Below the pieces are notes generated by a model, which saw only the letters and a list, made by a program, of their open reading frames with translations, was not told where the DNA came from and did not search any database. A DNA stretch of 64,000 nt from an uncultured Candidatus Poseidoniales archaeon (GTDB lineage Archaea; Thermoplasmatota; Poseidoniia; Poseidoniales; Poseidoniaceae), in assembly GCA_905182715.1 (NCBI GenBank), contig CAJJCP010000013.1, positions 11,990 through 75,989 on the forward strand, written 5' to 3'. This document shows, piece by piece, positions 10,469 to 21,506 of the stretch. Position numbers and translations under genes: made by a program. Within the stretch, counting starts at the first letter, position 1; every line of letters starts with the position of its first letter.

Positions 10469-10630
10469 GTGACTTCTGGGACTCCTAGCGGGTGGCCTGT
10501 CTTTAGGAAGAGCAAGGGGTTATTGAAAATGTCCCTTCGTACACTTTGCAACATCGAATTATGAAGCAGTTGTTAAAAGAACAGGGGTGAAAGTCAAGAG
10601 GTGAGTGCATTTCCAACGAATTGAGGGGCC

Positions 10631-12925
10631 GTGATGACCGATGAACATGTCTTGATTTGTGTCGCCTGGCCATATGCGAATGGCCCGCTACATCTTGGCC
10701 ATGTTGCTGGGTGTTACCTTCCACCCGATATCCAAGCGCGCTTTGAACGGGCACGAGGAAATCGAGTACTCATGGTATCTGGTTCTGATGAACATGGTAC
10801 TCCAATCACGGTCACTGCAGAACAGAACGGAATTACCCCGCAACAGGTTGTTGATGAGTACCACACCCTCAACGCAAAGGCCTTGTTAGACCTCGGATGC
10901 TCGTGGGAGCCTAAGGTAGATTCACGCGGAATTGAATTCGGTGGCTCTTTGTTTAACCGTACCACCGATCCACGTCACAAAGAAATGGTCCAAGAAAACT
11001 TTCTTCAATTGATGAATGCCGGTCTCTTTGAAACCAAAACGATGGAACAATATTATGAGATTCACGCAGATGGCGGAGGTCGTTTCTTGCCAGACAGGTA
11101 CGTGGAAGGCATCTGCCCTGCCTGTTCCGCAGATGGTGCGAGGGGTGACCAATGCGACGAATGCGGTGCAACCTATGAATCATCTGAACTCAAAAACCCA
11201 GTTTCAAAGATGAACCCTGGCGCTGCAATCGAAATACGAGATACCGACCACCTTTTCTACCGTCTCGACGCATTTCAAGGCGTTCTCGAACAACATGCTT
11301 CCAATCAGCAAGGCAGCTGGAAATCAAATGTCCGAGCAATGACCAAACAATGGCTCGATATGGGCTTGAGGCCACGTGCAGTCACCCGTGATCTGTCATG
11401 GGGCATTCCTTTACCAATGGATGGCGATGAATGGGATGGTAAGTGCGTCTATGTATGGTTCGAGGCAGTACAAGGTTATTCGACATGCGCCCGAATATGG
11501 GCTGAAGAAATTGCAGCACCACACGACCACAGTCTCGGTAAGGATGCTTGGAAAAAGTGGTGGTGTGTAGCGGAAGATGGTACGATTCCTCGTCACTTGT
11601 ATTTCCTTGGCAAAGATAACATTCCATTCCACACGGTCATTTGGCCTGCTCTCATCATGGGACTTAACCATGCAAAGAATGGCAAAACAATTGACGAACC
11701 GATTCAATTACCGGGTCCGGGTGATTACGCATTAGAGTCAAATGTTCCTGCTATGGAATATTTGATGCTCGCAGGTGGTCAATTTTCTAAATCTCGGAAG
11801 CATGCTGTGTGGCTCCCATCTTTCTTGGAACGTTTCGACCCTGACACACTCCGCTACTATCTTGGAATTAATATGCCAGAAAACCATGACACGGATTTTA
11901 ACTGGCCAGACTTTGTTGAAAAAATCAACAGTGAACTTATTGCTGCATATGGTAATTTTGTTCATCGAGTTTTGACGCTTGGCGCCCGTTTACCATCATC
12001 TGAAACCGGTCCGTTCACTGCATTTGATCATCTCGTGAACACTCGTGAGACTCAACAGAAACTCGAAGCACTTCATGCATCGATTACCGAGTCTCTCTCA
12101 CGACATCGATACAAAGAAGCATTGAGGTTTGCAATGAATGCAGCTCAGGTTGGAAATCAATTGCTTCAATCAGCAACACCTTGGAAGTATCTTTCTGAAT
12201 CTGATGATGGTTCGAACCCTCAGTATACCGATGAAAGGAATGCTGCAATGGCTTCTCTCTCCTTTGGTTGGCGCATTGCCAGATTCTTATCAATCACAAT
12301 GCAGCCATTTTTGCCCTTCAGTTCTGCTCGACTCTGGTCATCGCTTGGCCAACCTGGAGATGTGTCACAAATCCCCTGGGATTCCGCAATCGATTGGACA
12401 GAACCAATGACATGGAATACTGCCAAACCCGAACCCTTGTTCCAACGTCTCGATTTAGAAGAAATTCTCGCCTCTGAACAGTCACTTGTTGACTCTTCGG
12501 AATCGAAAGAACAGCCTGGCCACACAGTAAAAGGTGGTAAAAAGAAGAAGAAACCCACGGAGGAACCAAAGATGACAGACGCACCAGAAGGAATAACATA
12601 CCTCGATTTCGAGACATTTATGGAAGTTGACTTACGAGTTGGAAAGATTACTACGGTTGAAGACCACCCGAATGCGGACCGTTTGTTCGTCGTATCAATT
12701 GATGATGGAACTGAACAAGGCAGGACCATTTGTGCAGGTTTGAAGGAATATTATTCTGCAGAAGAGATGACCGGTAAATCAGTGGTATTTGTTGCGAATC
12801 TCAAACCGCGTGCTTTGCGCGGCGTCACTTCAGAAGGGATGATGCTCGCAGCAGATGACGGTGAGGGTAAGGTTCGCCTCATTACCATCGATGGTGATAT
12901 TTCAACAGGTTCACAAGTACGTTGA
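10631..12925 (+). CDS. metG: Methionine--tRNA ligase with C-terminal tRNA-binding domain
   Basis: PYANGPLHLGH, SDEHG, Zn knuckle, YVWFEA, GKDNIPFH, FSKS and a C-terminal OB domain (HPNADRL, SEGMML). Confidence 0.97.
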   Translation: MMTDEHVLICVAWPYANGPLHLGHVAGCYLPPDIQARFERARGNRVLMVSGSDEHGTPITVTAEQNGITPQQVVDEYHTLNAKALLDLGCSWEPKVDSRGIEFGGSLFNRTTDPRHKEMVQENFLQLMNAGLFETKTMEQYYEIHADGGGRFLPDRYVEGICPACSADGARGDQCDECGATYESSELKNPVSKMNPGAAIEIRDTDHLFYRLDAFQGVLEQHASNQQGSWKSNVRAMTKQWLDMGLRPRAVTRDLSWGIPLPMDGDEWDGKCVYVWFEAVQGYSTCARIWAEEIAAPHDHSLGKDAWKKWWCVAEDGTIPRHLYFLGKDNIPFHTVIWPALIMGLNHAKNGKTIDEPIQLPGPGDYALESNVPAMEYLMLAGGQFSKSRKHAVWLPSFLERFDPDTLRYYLGINMPENHDTDFNWPDFVEKINSELIAAYGNFVHRVLTLGARLPSSETGPFTAFDHLVNTRETQQKLEALHASITESLSRHRYKEALRFAMNAAQVGNQLLQSATPWKYLSESDDGSNPQYTDERNAAMASLSFGWRIARFLSITMQPFLPFSSARLWSSLGQPGDVSQIPWDSAIDWTEPMTWNTAKPEPLFQRLDLEEILASEQSLVDSSESKEQPGHTVKGGKKKKKPTEEPKMTDAPEGITYLDFETFMEVDLRVGKITTVEDHPNADRLFVVSIDDGTEQGRTICAGLKEYYSAEEMTGKSVVFVANLKPRALRGVTSEGMMLAADDGEGKVRLITIDGDISTGSQVR

Positions 12926-13555
12926 TCACTGAGACATACGCTCATGAACTGCATGCATAATTTTACGTGATATTTCACTGCACTCCATCCGGATAGCAGG
13001 TACTCGTTCTCTCATTTCGCCACCCATATCTTCCGGCAACGACTGTAGATTTATTTCGACATTGAAGAGTGCGCCTTTGACAGCAGCACTTGCTAAAAGT
13101 GCCGCAACACCTACGTCCGATACGGCATTTCCATTCCCATGTACGGCGAGTGCTTCTTGGCAACTGAGCAGTTCCATGCCGAGTACAACGGTTTCGTAAG
13201 GAATCTCGGATGCTTTGAGCGTAGCCTGTCGAATACTGTTACGCCGTATTTGGATTTCTTCATCGTTTGACTTGGGGAGTCGGAATGCCGCCATTACTTG
13301 GTCAAAAGCATCACTGTCAAGTTGTGCGAGTTCACCAGAACGACTGTATGTCTTGTCACAAATGGCTTCAGCTTTTTCAGCACCAATCCAACCTTCTTGC
13401 CATTTCTCTTTGCCTAAAGTCAATTGTGCGACCATTCGAGTGAGTGCAGTAGCTTGGCCCAATGCAACTGCTGCAGCAGTTCCCCCACCAGGGGTTGGGT
13501 CGGATGAGGCCAAAGCATCTTGGAAATCGCCAAGAGTCATGTCCATCCAGTTCAT
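12926..13555 (-). CDS. Formiminotetrahydrofolate cyclodeaminase (FTCD C-terminal family)
   Basis: PTPGGGTAAA, D..AF..VMAA..LPK, GN.NAVSDVGV and NVEINL. Overlaps the stop of the formiminotransferase gene. Confidence 0.9.
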   Translation of the reverse strand: MNWMDMTLGDFQDALASSDPTPGGGTAAAVALGQATALTRMVAQLTLGKEKWQEGWIGAEKAEAICDKTYSRSGELAQLDSDAFDQVMAAFRLPKSNDEEIQIRRNSIRQATLKASEIPYETVVLGMELLSCQEALAVHGNGNAVSDVGVAALLASAAVKGALFNVEINLQSLPEDMGGEMRERVPAIRMECSEISRKIMHAVHERMSQ

Positions 13556-14598
13556 GCTTTCACCGCCTCGAGCAATGCCCATTCAATTATTCTTTTTTCA
13601 GGTACAAAGGTTTCAAGGCGACTTAATCCCAAACCTTCGATCGCTGCGTTCACAAGTATCCGTTCATCCATTTCTCCTTCTTCGGCATACCAGCGTCCTG
13701 ATTCAAGCATTGCTTCAAGCGGAACTAATCCTACAAGTTCACTGCCTGGAGTTTCAATACCGTGATCGCTTGCAATACTTTTGCATGCTTCATAGGCTAC
13801 ATGCATAGGACATTGTTCGACATCTCGCAAATTCATCGAAACTTGGCTGATGCCATGGGTTTCAAGTGAGACGCCCATACCTTGTACCATCGGTAAAATA
13901 CCACTGATGCGCATTTTTCTACCGTCTGGTTGTTTGATGAGCCGTCCAGTTGACCGAACAAGGGAACCGATTTTCTTTGCCACCACAGCATCAGGTTCAC
14001 CGATATTGACGTTATATGCAACTAAGATTCCTCTCGCCCCAATCGTAATGCCGCCAGAGCGTTTGGCTTGTTCGGTCCACTCTTTTGGACCATAATCAGG
14101 AAAACGTGTGTTTTCTGAATGAGGCGTTACACCACCATTAAGCCGTGCCTCTAATCCTTCATATTGGCCCTTTCGAATTGTTGAAAGTAAATTCTTCTCA
14201 TCATTCAACGCTGCCGCCCCATACAAAAATGTAGGGACATTACATTCATTCCCAACACGTTGTGCTAATGAATGAGCCAATTCCACACAATCGTCCATAT
14301 CCATTCCTTTCAACGGGACAAATGGGCAGACATCTACTGCTCCAAGCCGTGGATGTTCACCTTCATGCCCCGTCATATCAATTTCTTCTGTTGCCTTTTG
14401 AATGAGTCGGAATGCAGCCTCCTTGACCGCTTCTGGAGCCCCTGCAATGGTGATGACAGTTCTATTGTAATCGCTGTCAGGTTCTACGCCCAGAACTGCA
14501 CACCCTTCTATCCCGCGAACGACCGAAATAATGCGTTCGATTTTATCGGAATCGCGACCTTCGGATATATTCGGTACGCATTCAACTATTGCTTCCAT
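13552..14598 (-). CDS. ftcD: Glutamate formimidoyltransferase
   Basis: Motifs VECVPNISEGR, DYNRTV, IDMTGHEGEHPRLGAVDVCPFVP, VAYNVN, QVSMN and GSELVGLVP. Confidence 0.92.
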   Translation of the reverse strand: MEAIVECVPNISEGRDSDKIERIISVVRGIEGCAVLGVEPDSDYNRTVITIAGAPEAVKEAAFRLIQKATEEIDMTGHEGEHPRLGAVDVCPFVPLKGMDMDDCVELAHSLAQRVGNECNVPTFLYGAAALNDEKNLLSTIRKGQYEGLEARLNGGVTPHSENTRFPDYGPKEWTEQAKRSGGITIGARGILVAYNVNIGEPDAVVAKKIGSLVRSTGRLIKQPDGRKMRISGILPMVQGMGVSLETHGISQVSMNLRDVEQCPMHVAYEACKSIASDHGIETPGSELVGLVPLEAMLESGRWYAEEGEMDERILVNAAIEGLGLSRLETFVPEKRIIEWALLEAVKA

Positions 14599-14651
14599 AC
14601 GCCGAGGTTGAAGAGACGGGCTTTGAATGTTAACGCTTCGATTGAAGAAAA

Positions 14652-15872
14652 TCATCCATATAGGGCATCGGGTGAAGAGGTCACACCGCTGGTTGATTTC
14701 TTAATTTGAATTCTTTCAACAGCGAGTAAGAGATCTGCCTGCGTGATTTTGTTCCGCTTGTCTCGAATTGCAACCATTCCTGCTTCGACGCATGTTGCTT
14801 TGAGTTCGGCACCTGAATAGCCTTCAGTTTTATCGACAATCGCTTTCAAATTGACTCGTGAAGTTGACATTTTGGAGGTGTGGAGAGCAAGTATATCTTT
14901 GCGGCCTGCAGCATCTGGAAGCGGTATCGTCACAATACGGTCGAAACGACCTGGTCGTAACAATGCATCATCGAGAATATCGGGTCTGTTGGTTGCAGCA
15001 ATAATCTTGACATTCTCAAGCGAGTCGAAACCATCGAGTTCTGCAAGTAATTGCATCAATGTTCGCTGAACTTCACGGTCCCCACTTGTAGAACCATCCA
15101 ATCTTTTGGCACCAATAGCATCAATTTCATCTAAGAAAATTATTGATGGTGATTTTTCTTTTGCCAAGGAAAATAATTCACGAACCATTCGCCCGCCCTC
15201 TCCGATGTATTTTTGCGCCAATTCGCTACCAACCATCCGAATAAATGTGGCATCTGTTTGATGAGCCACGGCTTTTGCGAGAAGTGTTTTCCCACAACCT
15301 GGCGGGCCGACGAGTAAAATTCCCTTTGGTGGAATAATCCCAATATCGGTGAACAATTTCGGCTCGAGGAGTGGCAATTCAATCGCTTCTCGAATGGTTT
15401 GAATTTGCTCATCAAGTCCAGCAACTGAATCATAAGTAACATCTGGTTTCTCAACCATTTCTGCCCCACTCACCATCGGGTCCCATGCTTCATGCAGTAC
15501 TTCAATGACTGCCAAAGTATCTTGATTCAATGCAACGCGTGTACCTGGCTTCAATCGTTCAGGGTCTAAGCGTTGATTGAGGGAGACTTGGAATACAGTT
15601 CCATTCGATGAACGAACGATTGCGGTACGCTCGTCGAGAACATCTTGTAAGTGTCCGATAATCAGTGGTGGAGTTTTCAACAATCGGACTTCATCATCGA
15701 GGCGTGTAGCTCTCTTCTTCAGTGTACGTATCTCTGTTTCCAAATATGAACGTTCATTGATTAAATTCTGAGAATCATCAAGAAGTTTTTGATAATCTTC
15801 TTCTAATTGTTTAATCTCATCATCAGAGTGTGATGGATGAGGGGTATTGCTTTTTTCAACCTCGGAACTCAT
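14652..15872 (-). CDS. pan: Proteasome-activating nucleotidase
   Basis: N-terminal coiled coil and OB domain, GPPGCGKT, KYIGEG, IFLDEIDAIG, DREVQRT and RPGRFDR. Confidence 0.96.
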   Translation of the reverse strand: MSSEVEKSNTPHPSHSDDEIKQLEEDYQKLLDDSQNLINERSYLETEIRTLKKRATRLDDEVRLLKTPPLIIGHLQDVLDERTAIVRSSNGTVFQVSLNQRLDPERLKPGTRVALNQDTLAVIEVLHEAWDPMVSGAEMVEKPDVTYDSVAGLDEQIQTIREAIELPLLEPKLFTDIGIIPPKGILLVGPPGCGKTLLAKAVAHQTDATFIRMVGSELAQKYIGEGGRMVRELFSLAKEKSPSIIFLDEIDAIGAKRLDGSTSGDREVQRTLMQLLAELDGFDSLENVKIIAATNRPDILDDALLRPGRFDRIVTIPLPDAAGRKDILALHTSKMSTSRVNLKAIVDKTEGYSGAELKATCVEAGMVAIRDKRNKITQADLLLAVERIQIKKSTSGVTSSPDALYG

Positions 15873-15990
15873 TGGACTCAAACACTCGTCGTGGCTACAG
15901 TTTGTTAAGTCGTCGCTCTCGTAAATTGCTGTCATTCCTTCCGAAGGCTTCAAAGACAGTCACCATGAGCACTATGTGGGACTGAGTGGC

Positions 15991-16494
15991 ATGGCAGATT
16001 GTGAATTATGTGGTGCAATGAAAGTCAGTGTCCGTCACGTCAAAATGGGGAAGGCAGAAGTTGCTGCTTGTGCCCGTTGTTCCGAAAAAATGAACCTCGG
16101 CCCTAAGGAAACAGCACCCGGTTTAGCACGTGCTCAAAGTATGAATGCGCGCCCTGCTCACCTCACACCATATTCGGCGAAGGGTAAGAAAGGCAAAGAC
16201 ATCATGCTCAAATCAACATTGGAACTCGTTGATGATTATGCTCTGCGTATTACAGCAGCTCGGAAGGCAAAGGGTTGGAACCAAGCAACGCTCGGTAAAA
16301 GAATGGCTGAAACTGTGAACATTATCAAATCTACAGAAAGCGGTAAGAGGCCGACGGACTCTGTCCTCAAGAAGTTTGAACGAGTCCTTTCGATTACACT
16401 CTATGAGGCATCCACACCCTCTCAAACACAACGAGTTGACACTTCAACAGGGCGTGGAATGACGCTTGGCGATTACCTTGATGACCTCAGGTGA
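15991..16494 (+). CDS. mbf1: Archaeal multiprotein bridging factor MBF1 (Zn ribbon + HTH)
   Basis: CELCG...CARC, a Cro-type HTH and C-terminal TLGD. Divergent from pan. Confidence 0.88.
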   Translation: MADCELCGAMKVSVRHVKMGKAEVAACARCSEKMNLGPKETAPGLARAQSMNARPAHLTPYSAKGKKGKDIMLKSTLELVDDYALRITAARKAKGWNQATLGKRMAETVNIIKSTESGKRPTDSVLKKFERVLSITLYEASTPSQTQRVDTSTGRGMTLGDYLDDLR

Positions 16495-16498
16495 TTCC

Positions 16499-17059
16499 AT
16501 GCCTAAGATTTCAGTTCACGCGGTTTGGCTTGCTCAGGATGACCCAAAGAAAAACACTGCAGTACTTGCTTCTAAAAGAGGCAATTTACGTCTTCACAAG
16601 CGACTTAACACCCTTCCAAAGCGGGGCATTATCCTTGAACCATTGTGCGGAAAAGTGTTTGGGCCAGAAGATCATCAATTGCTTCTCAAAGGTGGTTCAC
16701 TCGTTGGACTTGATTGCAGTTGGGCGCACATCGAAGAAAGTGTTCGGCAAGTGATGAAGAAAACGAGACTGCAACCTCGTATGCTTCCACTTCTCTTAGC
16801 CGCCAACCCCGTCAATTGGGGGAAACCCGGGCGCCTCACAACTGCTGAAGCGCTTGCAACAGTTCTGTACCTCATAGGCGAAAGGGAACAGGCGAGAGAG
16901 GTTCTGGGTGCATTCCGTTGGGGTGAACGCTTTTTCGAACTCAACAAGGAGCCCTTAGACGCGTATGCTGAAGCGAAGTCGAGTAGCGAATTAGTCGATT
17001 TACAATTCGAATTTTTTGATATTGAACGTCCAGATGAATCCGAAGAGACTTCAAGTTGA
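16499..17059 (+). CDS. tsr3: 16S rRNA aminocarboxypropyltransferase Tsr3
   Basis: Motifs DPKK, LDCSW, R.LPLLLAANPVNWG, LTTAEA, F.WG..F.ELN. Confidence 0.93.
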   Translation: MPKISVHAVWLAQDDPKKNTAVLASKRGNLRLHKRLNTLPKRGIILEPLCGKVFGPEDHQLLLKGGSLVGLDCSWAHIEESVRQVMKKTRLQPRMLPLLLAANPVNWGKPGRLTTAEALATVLYLIGEREQAREVLGAFRWGERFFELNKEPLDAYAEAKSSSELVDLQFEFFDIERPDESEETSS

Positions 17060-17075
17060 GTTTGTATAGCGAATC

Positions 17076-17846
17076 ATGGAGCGTAGCCGCCGCATAGGCA
17101 TTCACCGATATTCCGCAGGCAGCTCCCATCTTGCAGAAGACCATTTGGCCAGTGAAACATTAATTCACTTACATTCAGATGAGAAAAAAATTGCAAGTTT
17201 ACTCGGAACACCGATCGACCTCAAGGAATTGTTTCTCGGTCACGCATGCAGTGAAGGGTATGGGTGCTTTCCAGATGCAGAGATTGTAGCAGAACAATCG
17301 CAGAGTGGTTCTGTCAATGTTTCGCTGAACCAAGTTGTCTCTTCTCCGAATTCGAATCGACGAGTGATCACTTCCTCTTGCGGTGCATGTAATGCAGACG
17401 GATTAGAAGAATTAATGACTGGTTTACCGATGTATTCCAGTAGCCATCCGCAAACCCAACACACGATACTTTACCAAGCCTTAGAGTCAATGAAATCACT
17501 CCAAATCGGTTTTGCTGAAACTGGTGGCATGCATGCAGCAGCACTTTGGAATCACCAATTTGGTTTGCGGCACCTGAAAGAGGATATTGGACGTCACAAT
17601 GCTGTGGACAAAACGATTGGCAGTGGATTAATTGAAGGCGTTTCTTTTGGTGAGGAATTACTGTTCCTTTCGGGAAGGTGTGGATGGGATATTGTTGCGA
17701 AAGCGGCTCGCTCAGGCATCGGCACAATCGTCTGTATAGGTGCTTGCTCTACATTAGCAGCTGATACAGCTCGAAGCCTTGGTATGCGAATCTATTCATT
17801 CATGAAGCGTGAGAGTAGTGTCGCAATAGGCCTTGTTTCTCACTGA
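17076..17846 (+). CDS. fdhD: Formate dehydrogenase accessory sulfurtransferase FdhD
   Basis: Motifs SSCGAC, TGGMHAAA, EDIGRHNAVDK, SGR and K.A..GI. Confidence 0.93.
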   Translation: MERSRRIGIHRYSAGSSHLAEDHLASETLIHLHSDEKKIASLLGTPIDLKELFLGHACSEGYGCFPDAEIVAEQSQSGSVNVSLNQVVSSPNSNRRVITSSCGACNADGLEELMTGLPMYSSSHPQTQHTILYQALESMKSLQIGFAETGGMHAAALWNHQFGLRHLKEDIGRHNAVDKTIGSGLIEGVSFGEELLFLSGRCGWDIVAKAARSGIGTIVCIGACSTLAADTARSLGMRIYSFMKRESSVAIGLVSH

Positions 17847-17898
17847 GAATACAACAAGGCTTGAGAACCCCCCCTACGCAGGACAACTTGGTGAGCGT

Positions 17899-20187
17899 AT
17901 GAGGGATGATGTCCGAGCAGATACTCCACCCGACCAACGTTCATTGAAAATAAAGAAGCCAAAGAAAATGGCTGCTGGGATTCCGGCTGTTACCTCATCG
18001 ATGTTGCATGGAATCAAAAAAATGGGATTGGTACGTTCTGCGAAAACACTCACCATGGTAAATCAGCAGAATGGTTTCGATTGCCCTGGTTGCGCATGGC
18101 CGGACCCGGAACATCGTACACATTTCGAATTTTGTGAAAATGGGGCGAAGGCTGTAGCCGATGAAGCGACGAAAAGTAGAGTCACGCCTGCCTTCTTTGC
18201 AAAGCATAGCGTTCAAGAACTCGCTGAACAAAGTGATTACTGGTTAAACAAACAAGGTCGACTTACGCACCCTATGCATCTTGTCGAAGGCAGTTCGCAC
18301 TATGCTCCAATTTCTTGGGAAAGTGCTTTTGAAATCATTGCTGCAGAAATTAAATCAATGGAACACCCCGATCGTTCAGTGTTCTACACCTCTGGGCGAA
18401 CAAGTAACGAGGCGGCATTTCTCTACCAAGCCATGGTTCGAAGTATTGGGACAAATAATCTTCCCGATTGCTCAAATATGTGTCATGAATCAAGCGGCAA
18501 AGGACTTGGCCCCACAATTGGAATCGGTAAAGGAACCGTCCATCTTGAGGACTTCAACCACGCTGATGTGATCATGGTCATTGGTCAAAATCCAGGTACA
18601 AATCATCCTCGAATGTTAACTGCCTTACGTGATGCTAAAAAGAAGGGTGCAAAAATAATTCACATTAATCCTCTGCCAGAGGCCGGTCTTGAACGTTTCA
18701 AACACCCACAGGATTACATGAAATTGGATTTCAGCACTACGAAATTAGCAGATTACCATCTACCAGTACGCATTGGTGGTGATGCTGCATTGATGAAGGG
18801 ATTTATCAAAGTACATTCCGAATATGGAGGATTAGATCAAGATTTTATCGACAAGAGTACTGAAGGTTTTCGAACGATGGTCGAACAAGCTCAATCCTAT
18901 ACTTGGCCAGTCCTTGAATTGGATTCTGGCATTGAGGAGGAACACATTAGAGAAGTCGGCAAAGTTTTGGCGAGATCAAAAGCAACCATTGCTTGCTGGG
19001 CTATGGGTCTCACTCAACAACCAAATGGAGTTTCAGTTATCCAAGAAATAGTCAATCTCCTGCTCATGGGGGGGCATGTCGGACGCCCTGGAGCAGGATT
19101 CTGCCCCGTACGCGGCCACTCCAATGTCCAAGGTGACCGTACCGTCGGTATTTGGGAAGCAGCACCTCCTGAATTTATCAAAAAGATGGAAGAGGGGCTA
19201 AACATTTCCATTCCAGAAGAACACGGTTATGATGTAGTGAATGCAATACATGCGATGAGGAAAGGCGAAGTTGATGTTTTCTTTTGCATGGGTGGTAATT
19301 TTATTTCTGCAACCCCCGATACGCACGCCACTGCTGAAGGAATACGCAACGTTGGTCTCACCGTCCAAGTTTCGACAAAACTCAACCGTTCACACCTTGT
19401 AACCGGCAAGCAAGCTATTATCTTACCGTGTCTTGGACGTACAGAACTCGATATTCAGGGCGATACACCTCAATTCGTCACGGTCGAGAACTCTATGGGG
19501 ATTGTTCACCAATCTCGCGGAGGACTTCAACCAGCATCGAAGGAATTGCGAAGTGAACCCTGGATAGTGTCACATCTCGCATCACATCTGTTCACAGACT
19601 CTCCAATTAAGTGGCTCGAGATATCCGGTAACTACGATTATATTCGCGATTTAATGGAGCGTTCACTCTTCGGATTCGACAATTATAACGAACGAGTCAG
19701 GAATGAAAATGGATTCTTACTCCCGAACCCCCCTCGAGACTCTCGCACGTTTTCCACACCATCGGGTAAAGCACATTTTACCACACATCCACTTCCGAAC
19801 CTTGCCGTGGGCGAAGATCGTTACATCATGATGACAATTCGGTCCCACGACCAGTATAACACAACAATTTACGATGTCCATGACCGCTATCGAGGACTCA
19901 GTGGGAATCGAAGAATCGTATTGATGAACGCACTCGACATGGTTGAAAGAGGTTGGAAAAACCGTCAACACATATCAATTACAAGTCACTTTGAAGGGGA
20001 GACTCGACACTCCACCGGTTGGCTGGTAGTCGCTTATGAAATTCCTCGTAAAAATATCGCCACATACTTTCCAGAGGCGAACTCATTGGTCCCATTGAAT
20101 TCTACTGCTGCAGTTTCAAATACGCCCACTTCAAAATGGATCGAAGTATCGCTTGAATCAGATAAATCCCTCTTCGAATGGAGATGA
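17899..20187 (+). CDS. FdhF/YdeP family molybdopterin oxidoreductase
   Basis: Motifs GFDCPGCAWPD, EFCENGAKA, YTSGRTSNE, NNLPDCSNMCHE, GHSNVQGDRT and RSHDQYNTT. Confidence 0.93.
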   Translation: MRDDVRADTPPDQRSLKIKKPKKMAAGIPAVTSSMLHGIKKMGLVRSAKTLTMVNQQNGFDCPGCAWPDPEHRTHFEFCENGAKAVADEATKSRVTPAFFAKHSVQELAEQSDYWLNKQGRLTHPMHLVEGSSHYAPISWESAFEIIAAEIKSMEHPDRSVFYTSGRTSNEAAFLYQAMVRSIGTNNLPDCSNMCHESSGKGLGPTIGIGKGTVHLEDFNHADVIMVIGQNPGTNHPRMLTALRDAKKKGAKIIHINPLPEAGLERFKHPQDYMKLDFSTTKLADYHLPVRIGGDAALMKGFIKVHSEYGGLDQDFIDKSTEGFRTMVEQAQSYTWPVLELDSGIEEEHIREVGKVLARSKATIACWAMGLTQQPNGVSVIQEIVNLLLMGGHVGRPGAGFCPVRGHSNVQGDRTVGIWEAAPPEFIKKMEEGLNISIPEEHGYDVVNAIHAMRKGEVDVFFCMGGNFISATPDTHATAEGIRNVGLTVQVSTKLNRSHLVTGKQAIILPCLGRTELDIQGDTPQFVTVENSMGIVHQSRGGLQPASKELRSEPWIVSHLASHLFTDSPIKWLEISGNYDYIRDLMERSLFGFDNYNERVRNENGFLLPNPPRDSRTFSTPSGKAHFTTHPLPNLAVGEDRYIMMTIRSHDQYNTTIYDVHDRYRGLSGNRRIVLMNALDMVERGWKNRQHISITSHFEGETRHSTGWLVVAYEIPRKNIATYFPEANSLVPLNSTAAVSNTPTSKWIEVSLESDKSLFEWR

Positions 20188-20193
20188 AGAGGA

Positions 20194-21441
20194 ATGACTA
20201 AGATTGGTTATTGGGGTCTCATAACTTCAAATTCTAAATTCAGGCGGCTATGGCTGGCATCCGTCGTTTCGATGCTTGGTGAATGGTTCAATACGATTGC
20301 CTTGTTTCTTTTGATATTCAAATATACAGATTCGGAGTTTTTGCTTGGTATTTTGTTCACAGTACGGATGCTTTGCTTTGCTTTACTCCAACCGATCAGC
20401 GGTTTGCTTGCAGACAGAATGAATCGCAAACACATCATGGTGTGGTCGAATGTTCTCCAAATGTTTCTCGCTCTGGGATTCTTGGCAGTTGATGGCCCAG
20501 AGGATATTCCTTGGATGCTCGGATTATCGGGAATCATGATGCTGCTTCATGGCGCCTATGTAACTGCGGAAAGAGCTGCTTTACCGAATGTAGTTTCGAA
20601 AGAAGAATTGGCCACAGCCAATGCTCTCGATGCAGCTTCTTGGTCTACAGCACTGTGTTTAGGTGCTATGCTTGGAGGTATCGTCGTCGAATACTTTGGA
20701 ACAGATGCCGCATTTATAATCGACGCTGGAACGTTCTTATTCGGAGCAATACTCCTCATTCCATTGACGATTCCTCAAACTTTTGACAAAGAACTTTCAG
20801 GTCCATTGTTTTCAACTGCGTTCTCAAACATTCGCAAGGGTTGGGTTCGTATTGCCCAAGAAGCACGTTTGCTCAGGATTGTATTTGCTAAAGCCTCGTG
20901 GAATATCGCTGGAGGAGGTCTAGCAGGTGTATTCCTTGTGATAGCAGGTTCGAACGTCGATGGATTCGGCGTTGCACTTGGGTTCGGATTATTCTTTTTC
21001 GCTCGAGGAATTGGCACAGGTACGGGCCCAATACTTGCGCGTAAATTCCTTACTGATCAAGATAAATGGCCAGTGCTCATCGGCGTTTTGGTAATGATAT
21101 CCGGATTTTTCTACTTCTTCGTTGGGTATACGCTTGGAACCAATATTTGGCTGACCGTATTCTTGGTGATGCTTGCACACTCGGCGAGTGGTGCCAATTG
21201 GGTCTTGTCGACCATATTGACTCAAATGTGGGTTGAAGATGAAATTCGAGGGAGAGTATTCTCGATTGACATGCTCATCATGTCCCTCACCTTCTCCATC
21301 TCAAGTGCGAGCGCCGGATATTTACTTGAAAAGGACATACTTTCTCTCCAACAAGGATTCCAAATTTTCGCCCTCCTCATGATGTGCTCGGGACTTATAT
21401 TCACCCTGTGGAAGCCGGGGAATCTCTCTCGGGACATCTGA
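20194..21441 (+). CDS. MFS transporter
   Basis: About 12 hydrophobic helices, with GLLADRMNRK and RGRVFS motifs. Confidence 0.92.
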   Translation: MTKIGYWGLITSNSKFRRLWLASVVSMLGEWFNTIALFLLIFKYTDSEFLLGILFTVRMLCFALLQPISGLLADRMNRKHIMVWSNVLQMFLALGFLAVDGPEDIPWMLGLSGIMMLLHGAYVTAERAALPNVVSKEELATANALDAASWSTALCLGAMLGGIVVEYFGTDAAFIIDAGTFLFGAILLIPLTIPQTFDKELSGPLFSTAFSNIRKGWVRIAQEARLLRIVFAKASWNIAGGGLAGVFLVIAGSNVDGFGVALGFGLFFFARGIGTGTGPILARKFLTDQDKWPVLIGVLVMISGFFYFFVGYTLGTNIWLTVFLVMLAHSASGANWVLSTILTQMWVEDEIRGRVFSIDMLIMSLTFSISSASAGYLLEKDILSLQQGFQIFALLMMCSGLIFTLWKPGNLSRDI

Positions 21442-21506
21442 TTGCCTCCTCTGATTCGAGGAGTCGTCATAAGAATGCTCAAGGGCAATACCTCCAAGGA
21501 ACAAAC